64,000 nt of DNA from Candidatus Woesebacteria bacterium RIFCSPHIGHO2_02_FULL_42_20 (GCA_001792535.1 MGGS01000007.1:44-64043), one strand, 5' to 3'. Positions 56,230 through 64,000 are shown, numbered from the stretch's first letter. Numbers and translations are program-made. The notes: generated by a model from the letters alone, not told the origin.

Positions 56230-56268
56230 CCAAAGTTTTCCTGTGGCGGAGTGTACGAAGGCTGTTGA
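56230..56268 (+). repeat. Direct repeat copy 2 (relic of the P2 3' end) immediately upstream of mntA
   Basis: See 55245-55291. Confidence 0.8.
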
Positions 56269-56287
56269 AAATGGTACCATTAGGGCA

Positions 56288-56599
56288 ATGAAAGTAAATA
56301 ATAAGCAGGAAATATTGGAATTACTAGCCGGGAATAAATCTACCTTTTCAGGTTATGGAATAAAAAGGATTGGTTTATTCGGTTCGTTTGCGCGTGGTGA
56401 GCAACACGAAGGAAGTGATATAGACCTATTAGTAGAATTTGATAAAAAGAAAAAAAACTTTAAGAACTTTATTAAGTCAGCAGAATATGCGGAAAGTCTC
56501 CTGGGAAGAAAAGTTGAATTTTTAACCCCCGAATCGGTTAGTCCGTATATTTTTCCCTATATAGAGAAAGAAGTAAATTATGTCCAAATCTCCGGTTGA
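56288..56599 (+). CDS. mntA: MntA-type nucleotidyltransferase antitoxin (second copy in window)
   Basis: IGLFGSFARGEQHEGSDIDLLVEF. The longest-ORF N-extension (MAECTKAV...) is the repeat relic, so the start is taken at MKVNNKQ. Confidence 0.8.
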   Translation: MKVNNKQEILELLAGNKSTFSGYGIKRIGLFGSFARGEQHEGSDIDLLVEFDKKKKNFKNFIKSAEYAESLLGRKVEFLTPESVSPYIFPYIEKEVNYVQISG

Positions 56600-56924
56600 A
56601 TACCTGAAACACATTTCAGATGAAATTGATTACTTGGCTGAAACTACGGAAAGTCTGAGTGAACCTGATTTTGCAAAAAACCTTACTTTACAGAAAGCCT
56701 TTGTTAGAAGTTTGGAAATTATTGGTGAGGCAGTTAAGAACTTGCCTGAAGATTTCAAAGTTAAATATTCGCAGGTAAATTGGAAGTCTTATGCAGGTTT
56801 ACGGGACAGGTTAATCCATCATTATTTTGGTGTTGACTACGGGATTGTCTGGGATGTGGTCAAAAACGAAGCACCGGCATTAAAAGAAAAAATTAGTAAA
56901 ATTATTGAAGTACTTCGTAAATAA
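56580..56924 (+). CDS. hepT: HepT-type toxin (DUF86; Rx4HxY), second copy
   Basis: GLRDRLIHHYFGVD. 114 aa. Overlaps mntA by 20 nt. Confidence 0.8.
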   Translation: MSKSPVEYLKHISDEIDYLAETTESLSEPDFAKNLTLQKAFVRSLEIIGEAVKNLPEDFKVKYSQVNWKSYAGLRDRLIHHYFGVDYGIVWDVVKNEAPALKEKISKIIEVLRK

Positions 56925-56977
56925 TAAATCGTATTTTGTGTTGTTTGTTTCTCCCCCGGCTGATATAATTTGGGTGT

Positions 56978-59269
56978 ATGGTAGATGTAGATGACGAAGC
57001 ATTGCTACGACAGCCTGAGAATGCAGAAAATGGTTCTGAAGAACAAAGGCGTCTTTTTATGTTCAGGCCAGAACTCTACACAGTAAATGGTGCTGATTTA
57101 ATTGAGAATGTGAAATCGGCCGAGATAGGCGAAAATGGCGACATTAGTGAATTAAGTGCTGCTGTAGACGAGGCTCTTGCTTATCAGGAAGGATTGGTGT
57201 TGGGATCAAGGCTTTCTTTGCTTGAAATAGACCATCCCTTGGCAGATGAGCTAATTCAGGCCGTTGATACTTTATATAAAATTACATACGATCCTCAAAA
57301 ACCGGCTCCCGATGAAATAGAAAAGATTAGGAAAGCAGACAAAAGAGGCATTTTAGACTATCAAGTTGTCCAAGACTTTGCTTTTGGGTTGGCATCGGCC
57401 AGAAAACAAGCGGAAGCTGATAATCCTACCGATACCAATCGGAGGGAGGAGCAATTTAGAGAAGCGCATAAAGTTATGGAAGACTCGTCCAGAACACTCG
57501 CCGAACTGTTAAGTGACGAGAGCCGTGCCACTCTAAATCTTTACAAGGACATGTTCACCAACGCGAGGACAATGATTGAGAGACCTGATCCCAGAGGCAA
57601 CTTGATGGATGCCATTGAACACGCTTTGTCAGAGCCTGTGCGGAGGGCAAAAGAGTATGCTCGTGATAGGAAAGGCTGGGCCGAGAAAGAAAAGAGGAAA
57701 AGAGTAAAACAATACACAAGGCAGAATATGGCCGACAGAAATCCAAGGACAAGAATGTCTGAAAAGGAGATACCTGCCCTGGTAGATCTAGAAATAGAGG
57801 AAGAGGAAGAGAAGTTGCAGCGGTATGCTGAAGCCGCTCCTCACTTAGTCCGAAAATTGGCTCATGTGACAGCAAGAAGACATAACGATGAAATGTTTAT
57901 ACACCGTACGCAAGTTGGTGGAGATAAAGACAATGAGCCTAAAACTAATGAATATATGTCTGGCAGAATTCCTTTAATTGACTCTGAAGACTTCATTGCT
58001 GAGTACAGATACTCCGGCGAGTGGGGCAAAAAGGTGGACACTGTCATGAAAGAAATGCTTTTTGTGGCTCTTGGGAAGTATGAAACAAACGACCCTAAAA
58101 CTAGCATAAGCAGAGATGCTTATATAGACGGATTTACTACGGATGCTTTTAAAGGGTGGCTTACACCGATGTTACGGAAAGCCGGTGGAGACATGAGTGT
58201 GGTCTGGGCAGCTTGGCGGAATTTATTAACAAGTGAGCTCTTACTACCGTTTACCATGAAGGTAGTAGATACAGAGGTCAAAGATAAAGATGGTGGAGTT
58301 CGTAGAGAGAAGTCTTATAAGTTTGCCGATCCCCCGATTGCTACAGATTTAGGATCGCATTTGTATTTTTTTGAGGAGCACAGGAGAGACGAAAGGGGAA
58401 TAGATCCGGATGGTATAAGGCATCCAAGTAGGCCTTATTCCCGAGTTTCTCATTTTGGACATCCTTTTAACATGGGCAAGATATCAAGAGGTGAGGATGG
58501 TGCACCAAAGCCGCTTGTAGGCTCTTACTTTGAAGGTGCCAAAGTCAAGAACTGGCCAACTGGTAAGACTGATAATTCTGGACAACCCCTAAAAGGTGAA
58601 ATGCCACTTTATAATATTTGGATGGGGACTTCGGTGAGAAAGATGCAGGAGATTAGAGGGAGAGGTTGGCAAATGAGTGACGAAACGATTTTTGATAAAG
58701 GGGTTAGTCTTGCAGATAAGAAATTTCCCTTTGATGATACTGAAAAGCGCGATCCTAAAGACGCAAACGAGCCCGGTTCGGCTTCTTTTACTGCTTGGTA
58801 TGTTATTATAAGGTCTAGATGCGCCCAGATCAGAAAGATGATTTTAGGGTTTCCGCACGATGTAAAAGACATGGAGGGGACGACATTCCAGGAGGGTTTC
58901 CGAGCATTGGATAAGATGAATATGGTACGCCCCGACCACGAAATAAATCCAGATGACTTAGATCCCAAAGACCCTTCATTGTGGTTTCTGGCAAGTGTCT
59001 TGATATACCTTCACCCTGAAACCGCTGCACAATTGGAAAAAAGAGATTTTATGGTAAAATCTCGTATCGGTAAGCATAGGTTGTATAAATCCATAGCTCC
59101 GCCAATAATAGGTAAGACAGCACCGGTTCCCGCAGCCAGTGGAAGGACAGACGTGGTGAGTATGTCATCGGGTAATATCTACGAGAATTGGCAGACAGTA
59201 GGCTTGATTGGAGGCAACAAGAGAGCTTGGTTGGCCAACAATATCTTGTCGGAAACCCGGTTCACATAG
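56978..59269 (+). CDS. Large hypothetical soluble protein P3 (763 aa), no recognisable domain
   Basis: Uninterrupted ORF, GC-richer by eye. Acidic N-terminus, Lys/Arg-rich segment (KEKRKRVKQYTRQNMADRNPRTR), EEEEE tract, His-containing patch RHPSRPYSRVSHFGHPFNMG. No Walker A, HUH, DDE or RT motifs found. Confidence 0.5.
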   Translation: MVDVDDEALLRQPENAENGSEEQRRLFMFRPELYTVNGADLIENVKSAEIGENGDISELSAAVDEALAYQEGLVLGSRLSLLEIDHPLADELIQAVDTLYKITYDPQKPAPDEIEKIRKADKRGILDYQVVQDFAFGLASARKQAEADNPTDTNRREEQFREAHKVMEDSSRTLAELLSDESRATLNLYKDMFTNARTMIERPDPRGNLMDAIEHALSEPVRRAKEYARDRKGWAEKEKRKRVKQYTRQNMADRNPRTRMSEKEIPALVDLEIEEEEEKLQRYAEAAPHLVRKLAHVTARRHNDEMFIHRTQVGGDKDNEPKTNEYMSGRIPLIDSEDFIAEYRYSGEWGKKVDTVMKEMLFVALGKYETNDPKTSISRDAYIDGFTTDAFKGWLTPMLRKAGGDMSVVWAAWRNLLTSELLLPFTMKVVDTEVKDKDGGVRREKSYKFADPPIATDLGSHLYFFEEHRRDERGIDPDGIRHPSRPYSRVSHFGHPFNMGKISRGEDGAPKPLVGSYFEGAKVKNWPTGKTDNSGQPLKGEMPLYNIWMGTSVRKMQEIRGRGWQMSDETIFDKGVSLADKKFPFDDTEKRDPKDANEPGSASFTAWYVIIRSRCAQIRKMILGFPHDVKDMEGTTFQEGFRALDKMNMVRPDHEINPDDLDPKDPSLWFLASVLIYLHPETAAQLEKRDFMVKSRIGKHRLYKSIAPPIIGKTAPVPAASGRTDVVSMSSGNIYENWQTVGLIGGNKRAWLANNILSETRFT

Positions 59270-59277
59270 TTTTCTTA

Positions 59278-61128
59278 TTAAGCTACATCCTCTTTTTTAG
59301 TTACTGGTTTGGAAGCGGTTGTAGAACCTTTTCCTTTCTGGCCAAATTTAGGCATTTGGAACGGTGCCAACGGCGTTCCGGCTTCTTTTTCTTCACCTGG
59401 CACTTCCCTTCGCCACCACTGCGCTGCCGTTCCGGCTTTTGTACCAAACTTACCCACTCCTCCAACTACGGACCCTAGAACAGCTGACCCCTTGAGTCTT
59501 GTGCTGAATCTGGTTTTTGCTCCAGAGATACGTGTTCTTGCTGGTTCTGTGGCTCTTGCTACATAACCCCCTGCCCTTGTTCTTGCAAATCTTCCGCCAA
59601 CCCAACCGGCGGCTCCGCCGACAACAGCGGAAGTTGCGCTAAGGCCTGGAATAAGCCCTTTCAAAGTTCCGCCCGAAGTTCCAAATCTCATAAATCTACC
59701 CATGGCTTCACCGCCAAAACCTTTACCAACAACTGCACCAAGAGCAGCGGCGCCCAAGAGCTCTCCCCCATACTGGCCGCGAATGCCCAGTATAAAGTTT
59801 TTAGCCGCTTGGGAAAGGCTGGGCGTTGCTATCATTGTTGCCAGCCCTACCAAAAAGCCTATCGTAGCTGTGTCGCCAAAGCTAAACCCCGGGAGAATAC
59901 CCGTCCCTCCGACACCAGCCAACGAAAGTATATAGAAAGGATTGATCATTGGCCAGGTTTGAAGCACGCCGTAATACCCGTCCGGTGCCATTCCCCAAGC
60001 AAAAACATGGGCAGCAAAAACAAGGAAAGTTGCCATTACAAACACGGACAGGTTTGCGATAACGTGCTTCAGCCAGAAAGTGAAGCCGATCTGTTGGGCA
60101 ATTAATCCGCCCAGAATTATGAACGGGCCCGCAATGATCATAATCAAAAGCGTCGCATAGGCTTTAAGAAGCGTCCAGAAAATCCTGAATATGGTAATGA
60201 ATATTACCAAAAATAGGATTAATGACAGGATAAAATCCATTATATTACATAGAAGTGGAACTCTGGTTATTACACAGGCAATGCCGCCATATAATGTCGA
60301 TCTAATTATAGTGAGCCATGCGTAGGCGATAGTTCCACCGTTGATGTCTTGCAGTCTTGTGAAGGTAAATGAAGCTGCTCCTGTGGGGTCTAGTAAGCCT
60401 GAAGCTCTGGCAATTGAAACAACAATGCCTTGGGTAAGAAAGGCAAGATCGACCAGAAGCCCGGCGATTGCATAAGAAAATGTTATTAAAATAAGAACCA
60501 TTGCAATTTTAGGGATAGCTGACTGAATAGTAATCACAACTCTGGGCGCTATTTGAACCCGAAACATGATCAAGAATGCCATGATAATGATTACAAAGAT
60601 TAGGAATGTGTATGCAACGTTTCTCGTAGCCAACCACAAGGCTCTTGCAGGGACTAATGCGGAACTATAACCAAATCCTTGAGCGTTGGCCTCAGGGATT
60701 AGATGCAGGTCGGCAGCTGTGCTGGCAATATATTCGAGCCCGGACGCTGGTTTTTGATTGAGCAGAAGATCAGCGTATGATGCCAGCGAAAGGAGCGCAC
60801 CGGGGCTCTTATTACTGCTAATGGCCCCCGACCCTGGAACAAACATATCAGCGCACTCTGGTATTGTTTCAAAAATGCCATCTGAGACGTCAAGGCAGCG
60901 GTAAACGTCCATCGGTATAAACCAGAAGATAATGCTCATTATTATCCATCTGGTCTGTGCATAGGTGTACCTTTCACCGTATACTTCAGCGTCAGGAGGC
61001 TCTGCCACCCGATCGGCAAACTCGCCCATACTAGGTTCCCACCAAGTCTGTGCGATGGCTGTTGTGGGGAGGAACAGAGTATGAAAAGCAAAGGCTGCCA
61101 GAAGGACGATAAAGACCGATTTTTTCAT
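59278..61128 (-). CDS. Polytopic membrane protein with signal peptide, extracytoplasmic N-domain, ~6-7 TM helices and Gly-rich C-tail; VirB6/TrbL-like T4SS channel candidate
   Basis: 616 aa. Signal peptide MKKSVFIVLLAAFAFHTLFLPTTAIAQ. Multiple long hydrophobic helices. C-terminal GxGG-rich low-complexity region. Placement next to pilin-like genes and T4SS operon supports a VirB6-type role, with no strict motif. Confidence 0.4.
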   Translation of the reverse strand: MKKSVFIVLLAAFAFHTLFLPTTAIAQTWWEPSMGEFADRVAEPPDAEVYGERYTYAQTRWIIMSIIFWFIPMDVYRCLDVSDGIFETIPECADMFVPGSGAISSNKSPGALLSLASYADLLLNQKPASGLEYIASTAADLHLIPEANAQGFGYSSALVPARALWLATRNVAYTFLIFVIIIMAFLIMFRVQIAPRVVITIQSAIPKIAMVLILITFSYAIAGLLVDLAFLTQGIVVSIARASGLLDPTGAASFTFTRLQDINGGTIAYAWLTIIRSTLYGGIACVITRVPLLCNIMDFILSLILFLVIFITIFRIFWTLLKAYATLLIMIIAGPFIILGGLIAQQIGFTFWLKHVIANLSVFVMATFLVFAAHVFAWGMAPDGYYGVLQTWPMINPFYILSLAGVGGTGILPGFSFGDTATIGFLVGLATMIATPSLSQAAKNFILGIRGQYGGELLGAAALGAVVGKGFGGEAMGRFMRFGTSGGTLKGLIPGLSATSAVVGGAAGWVGGRFARTRAGGYVARATEPARTRISGAKTRFSTRLKGSAVLGSVVGGVGKFGTKAGTAAQWWRREVPGEEKEAGTPLAPFQMPKFGQKGKGSTTASKPVTKKEDVA

Positions 61129-61180
61129 TAGAATTAATTTAATACCATACCGGTTAATTTATCAATTATCAATTTAATAG

Positions 61181-63526
61181 TTAACCGCAGCAGACGCTGT
61201 TGCAAACGGCAGAGCATTGTGCGCCTGTTTCGGATGCGTCGCGTCTTACGCACACATTAGGGTTTGCGTAATAGCACCCATTGAAATCCGGATCGTCGTA
61301 AGTGTCAGGATCCCAGGTCTGTCTGTTGAGCCATTTGCATCCTGTCGAGCAATCTGCAGTTGGTACCGAGCATGGGGGAACATGATCAGTATAGTCTTTT
61401 GCCGGGCCCCATTCATAGGGGTTGCAACGCCTGCTTTCGCAGACAGGGTCTGTACAAAGTGTGGAGCTGTTAACCGGCTGCGGTCCACCGTATGAGGCGA
61501 TGGTGTCTATAGGGCAGTCGCCCCTTGGGTTACTACCTGAGTCATTTGTAAGAATTTCTTGGCATCTTCCACCGGGCACAAAATAATCGCACGAGCTGGT
61601 AACAGGATTCCAGTTGCAGGCGATAGGAAGTACAGCAGGCGGCGGTCGGCTTGCGAGTTGGCGGACGCGAGCCGAACTGGAATAGGGCAAAAGAGCTTCT
61701 CGGATACCTATCAAGAAATATTCGTAAATGCCTCCCAGGTGGGGATAGAATATGTCGGCGCGAGCCCCGGACCTTGTGAAGTTCCCTGCAAAAACTTGAA
61801 TATCAAGGTCGGTGGAGCTGTAGTTGGCTGTAGTTACTCCCGGCAGATCAAGTATTTCAAATGCTAATGTACCGATGTCGTCGGGAACGGGAATTATTCT
61901 AGGATAAATTCTTCTGAACACCGATTGCCTGCTTTCAACTGACCTTCCCCAGATTTCATCAAGTAATGGAGTCCTGGTATAGACCGAAAAAGGCGCGGTG
62001 GCAATTAGCACATCACAAGGAGGTATTGTACAAATTGCCGAACATTCGTTTCTACAATCGGTATATTCTGTTGCACAGCCAGCAATACATGTGACATCTC
62101 CTCCACAGGTGTTTTCACAATTTGTTCTTTGGGTTATACAGGTTGAGTCGCAAGCTGAAAAACACTCTGCTTCGCCGCAGTATTGAGTTCCACCCAAAGC
62201 AAAACAGGGTTTTTCGAAAGTACACTCAAAAGTGGAGGTGTAGGAAAAATCTCCGCTTATGTCCGGTTGTGGACTGATTTCGCCAAAGACATCGTCGCCA
62301 GTATTCCATCTCACGTTTGTCAGATCGCACCTATTCGTATTATAGTAGAGCTCGTCCCTGACTTCGGTGTAATTTACAGATAATTGCAGCGGCAGATAAG
62401 TTTGCGAAAGTATGTCAAGTAGGTCTCTGGATTCTTCCAGGTGGGAAAGGTATAGCCAGTCAATATCTCGGTCGGTAAATGTGTTATCAACAAATTCCAT
62501 TGTTGGGCCATAAATTTGAATATTGTCCGCATCAGACGGCGGTTGCGGGGGTTGAACTGGTATTGGACCTGTTGCTGCGTTTTGAAGATCTATTCCTCTG
62601 TATGTTTCGACAGACGAAGTCCTGTCCTCGGTAGACGACAATGGTACCAATGGAAAAGAGCTGATGAATGGTCGATCAATCCAAAAATCACCATTTAGAT
62701 AACTGAGCGCGCTAACCATTGGGAGGTAAATATCTGTAGTTCTTCTTTCTACGCTTCCCGGTACACCGCAAGGTACGGGACCCCTGAAGGGACCTGAAAC
62801 CAGCTCGCATTCCACTTTTTGGTTGTGTCTGGAGTTACCTGTCCTGTCTGCGGCGGCGATTTTATCGCGAAGCAGAACCTGGATAGGAAGAAGCTTGTTT
62901 AACGGTCCTGAATAAGTAGAAATTAGTCTGGCGCACTCGTCTGGGTCATATGACCCGCCAGTTAAAGATGAACACACTGAGTAGAAATAATCCGTTTCTT
63001 CCATGCGAAACATGGGCCCGTTCAAGTACCAGCTGACATACTCGGCTGTTCGGCGGTTATAAGCTAGGTTTTCAGGCTGTGGGTTGCCGTTGTTGACTTG
63101 ATTTGGAACAAGTTGTGTATTGCCCATGATGGGCAGCTCTGCATCGGCAAGATTGACTGAGGTTTGATAAGTTGACGGTCTCTCGTAGTAGCAAGTAAGG
63201 GTGGTGGCACTGTCTACACAGTAGACTGTGGTGTTTGCACCACCAGCCGGGGTTACTTGAAAAGATTCTAATCCAAGGTAGTCGTTTCCGCAGTAGAGCC
63301 TTGCAGGTTCAAGTGGGCGGCTCCAGGGGTCAGTCAAAACAGGAGGGGTTCCACCGAATTCACACGGACTTGCTTGATAAGGCCGCAGGGTGTGAAATTC
63401 TGGACTGCGAACGTCGCTGCAGCGGATGTAAGGCGGGGGAATCTGAGCGCTCACGCGACCAAATGATTTATGATAAATGATGTACGAGGTAAGAATGAAT
63501 ATAAAAAACAAAATCTTAAATCTCAT
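61181..63526 (-). CDS. Large secreted Cys-rich surface protein (781 aa), hypothetical; possible adhesin / pilus-tip component of the T4SS-like system
   Basis: Signal peptide MRFKILFFIFILTSYIIY. More than 50 Cys, many in CxxC/CxC clusters. No TM after the signal. Confidence 0.5.
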   Translation of the reverse strand: MRFKILFFIFILTSYIIYHKSFGRVSAQIPPPYIRCSDVRSPEFHTLRPYQASPCEFGGTPPVLTDPWSRPLEPARLYCGNDYLGLESFQVTPAGGANTTVYCVDSATTLTCYYERPSTYQTSVNLADAELPIMGNTQLVPNQVNNGNPQPENLAYNRRTAEYVSWYLNGPMFRMEETDYFYSVCSSLTGGSYDPDECARLISTYSGPLNKLLPIQVLLRDKIAAADRTGNSRHNQKVECELVSGPFRGPVPCGVPGSVERRTTDIYLPMVSALSYLNGDFWIDRPFISSFPLVPLSSTEDRTSSVETYRGIDLQNAATGPIPVQPPQPPSDADNIQIYGPTMEFVDNTFTDRDIDWLYLSHLEESRDLLDILSQTYLPLQLSVNYTEVRDELYYNTNRCDLTNVRWNTGDDVFGEISPQPDISGDFSYTSTFECTFEKPCFALGGTQYCGEAECFSACDSTCITQRTNCENTCGGDVTCIAGCATEYTDCRNECSAICTIPPCDVLIATAPFSVYTRTPLLDEIWGRSVESRQSVFRRIYPRIIPVPDDIGTLAFEILDLPGVTTANYSSTDLDIQVFAGNFTRSGARADIFYPHLGGIYEYFLIGIREALLPYSSSARVRQLASRPPPAVLPIACNWNPVTSSCDYFVPGGRCQEILTNDSGSNPRGDCPIDTIASYGGPQPVNSSTLCTDPVCESRRCNPYEWGPAKDYTDHVPPCSVPTADCSTGCKWLNRQTWDPDTYDDPDFNGCYYANPNVCVRRDASETGAQCSAVCNSVCCG

Positions 63527-63527
63527 A

Positions 63528-63827
63528 TTATCCAGGTATATTAAACGTTAATATTGAATTTACTCCGGTAAAGACGGCAATGAGTCTTAGGATCAAATAG
63601 GCTATGGCTATAAAAACAAGGCCGCCCACGGCCCAGGTAAGCACCCCTTGAGCTTCGGCGACTTTTTTTGGGTCGCCACCGCTGGTTATGAATTTAAAGC
63701 CTCCCGCAATTAACATTATAAAAAATACCACTCCTGCCAAAGCAAGGACGCTTTGTATTAAAAAGCCAAAAACAGTTTCCAGGTCTTTTAGAGTCGAAGC
63801 GTTGGTCAAATTAAGAGGTGGCATCAA
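63528..63827 (-). CDS. Small two-TM pilin-like protein (VirB2/TrbC-like candidate)
   Basis: 99 aa: hydrophilic leader, TM1 (VLALAGVVFFIMLIAGGF), short basic loop (SGGDPKKVAEAQG), TM2 (LTWAVGGLVFIAIAYLILRLIAVF), fitting VirB2-type topology. Confidence 0.35.
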   Translation of the reverse strand: MMPPLNLTNASTLKDLETVFGFLIQSVLALAGVVFFIMLIAGGFKFITSGGDPKKVAEAQGVLTWAVGGLVFIAIAYLILRLIAVFTGVNSILTFNIPG

Positions 63828-63879
63828 CTATAATTTTAGATAGCGAGAAGAATAATAGCAAGTAAGTTTTTTAAAGAAG

Positions 63880-64000
63880 CTAAAGTATATTGGGTATCGT
63901 AAAATTGAGCAGACTTACCCCAAACACATTCTGAACCAGGATTATTATTAACCATGCTGCAAAAACTATGATCAAGCCGATCAATGCCGCCGTGATTCTG
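63880..64000 (-). CDS. Partial ORF (C-terminal part): tandem paralog of the small pilin-like protein
   Basis: Reverse translation ...ITAALIGLIIVFAAWLIIILVQNVFGVSLLNFTIPNIL* resembles the C-terminus of 63528-63827 (...LVFIAIAYLILRLIAVFTGVNSILTFNIPG*). Runs off the window. Confidence 0.3.
   Translation of the reverse strand, partial: RITAALIGLIIVFAAWLIIILVQNVFGVSLLNFTIPNIL

Noticed and set aside
56243-56287. N-terminal extension (MAECTKAVENGTIRA) of the mntA ORF in the six-frame track
   Set aside because: This stretch is the duplicated 3' end of P2 (reads CGGVYEGC* in another frame). The mntA start was moved to the MKVNNKQ Met at 56288.
1-64000. CRISPR arrays, reverse transcriptases/DGRs, integrases or phage structural genes
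   Set aside because: Looked for short regularly spaced repeats, YxDD RT motifs, tyrosine/serine recombinase signatures and capsid/terminase-like ORFs. None were found. The only transposases are the IS5 (intact), IS3, IS481 and IS1595 (remnant) copies listed.

Overview
This 64 kb window looks like the chromosomal origin region of a small, AT-leaning, Gram-positive-type genome, probably a reduced-genome lineage (CPR/Patescibacteria-like is my inference, not something I could test). Points that support this reading: compact genes, no PilQ, a TsaC-TsaE fusion, a short ValRS, and many membrane-anchored hypothetical proteins.

Main contents, in order:
- 1-9.7 kb: a type IV pilus cluster with PilO, a PilM-PilN fusion, three prepilin-type proteins (one PilX-like), the PilC platform and the PilB ATPase. 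A BrnT/BrnA toxin-antitoxin pair sits inside it.
- 9.7-20.7 kb: housekeeping and accessory genes, including DUF378, the hibernation factor HPF, an RRM RNA-binding protein, a PMT/ArnT-type glycosyltransferase, GNAT, an M23-like protein, a sugar-binding protein and VanW. A small foreign-looking patch holds DUF4256, a stop-containing IS3 remnant and a nucleotidyltransferase.
- 20.7-28.3 kb: Phd/VapC inserted next to a scrambled relic in which a tsaC 5' fragment is fused to a vanW 3' fragment. These are followed by an M20 peptidase, a TsaC-TsaE fusion, TsaD and ValRS.
- 28.3-35.2 kb: the conserved origin-proximal operon rpmH-rnpA-yidD-yidC-jag-rnhA, continuing to a large DUF4012-like protein and rplY.
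- 35.2-45.1 kb: about 10 kb of accessory DNA wedged between rpmH and dnaA. It carries an IS1595 N-terminal remnant, an intact IS5-family transposase, a truncated DedA/TVP38 gene, an IS481 remnant fused to a perfect 231-bp duplicate of rpmH plus the first 33 codons of rnpA, a frameshifted cytidylyltransferase-like gene, a beta-propeller membrane protein, HepT/MntA, and small Cys-rich and acidic hypothetical proteins.
- 45.1-47.8 kb: dnaA and dnaN. A sigma70-like promoter with a perfect 14-bp palindrome sits over its -10 region upstream of dnaA. The dnaA-dnaN spacer holds five DnaA boxes, a DnaA-trio (3'-GAT-5' repeats) and an AT-rich stretch, giving a Bacillus-type oriC.
- 47.8-64 kb: a type IV secretion-like cluster on the minus strand. 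It has an M23 hydrolase, a VirB4 ATPase, a PrgI/VirB3-like protein, a VirB6/TrbL-like polytopic protein, a large Cys-rich surface protein and tandem small VirB2-like pilin paralogs. A 5.6 kb plus-strand block (53.7-59.3 kb) interrupts it. That block appears more G+C-rich by eye and encodes three unrecognisable hydrophilic proteins (148, 334 and 763 aa) plus three toxin-antitoxin modules (DUF433/DUF5615, HicB/HicA, MntA/HepT). One TA cassette is flanked by a direct repeat of the 3' end of the neighbouring gene.

Not found: rRNA, tRNA, CRISPR arrays or reverse transcriptases.

The candidates I consider most worth follow-up are the unknown plus-strand block embedded in the T4SS-like cluster, the mobile-element-driven rpmH/rnpA' duplication next to the origin, and the tsaC'/vanW' recombination scar.
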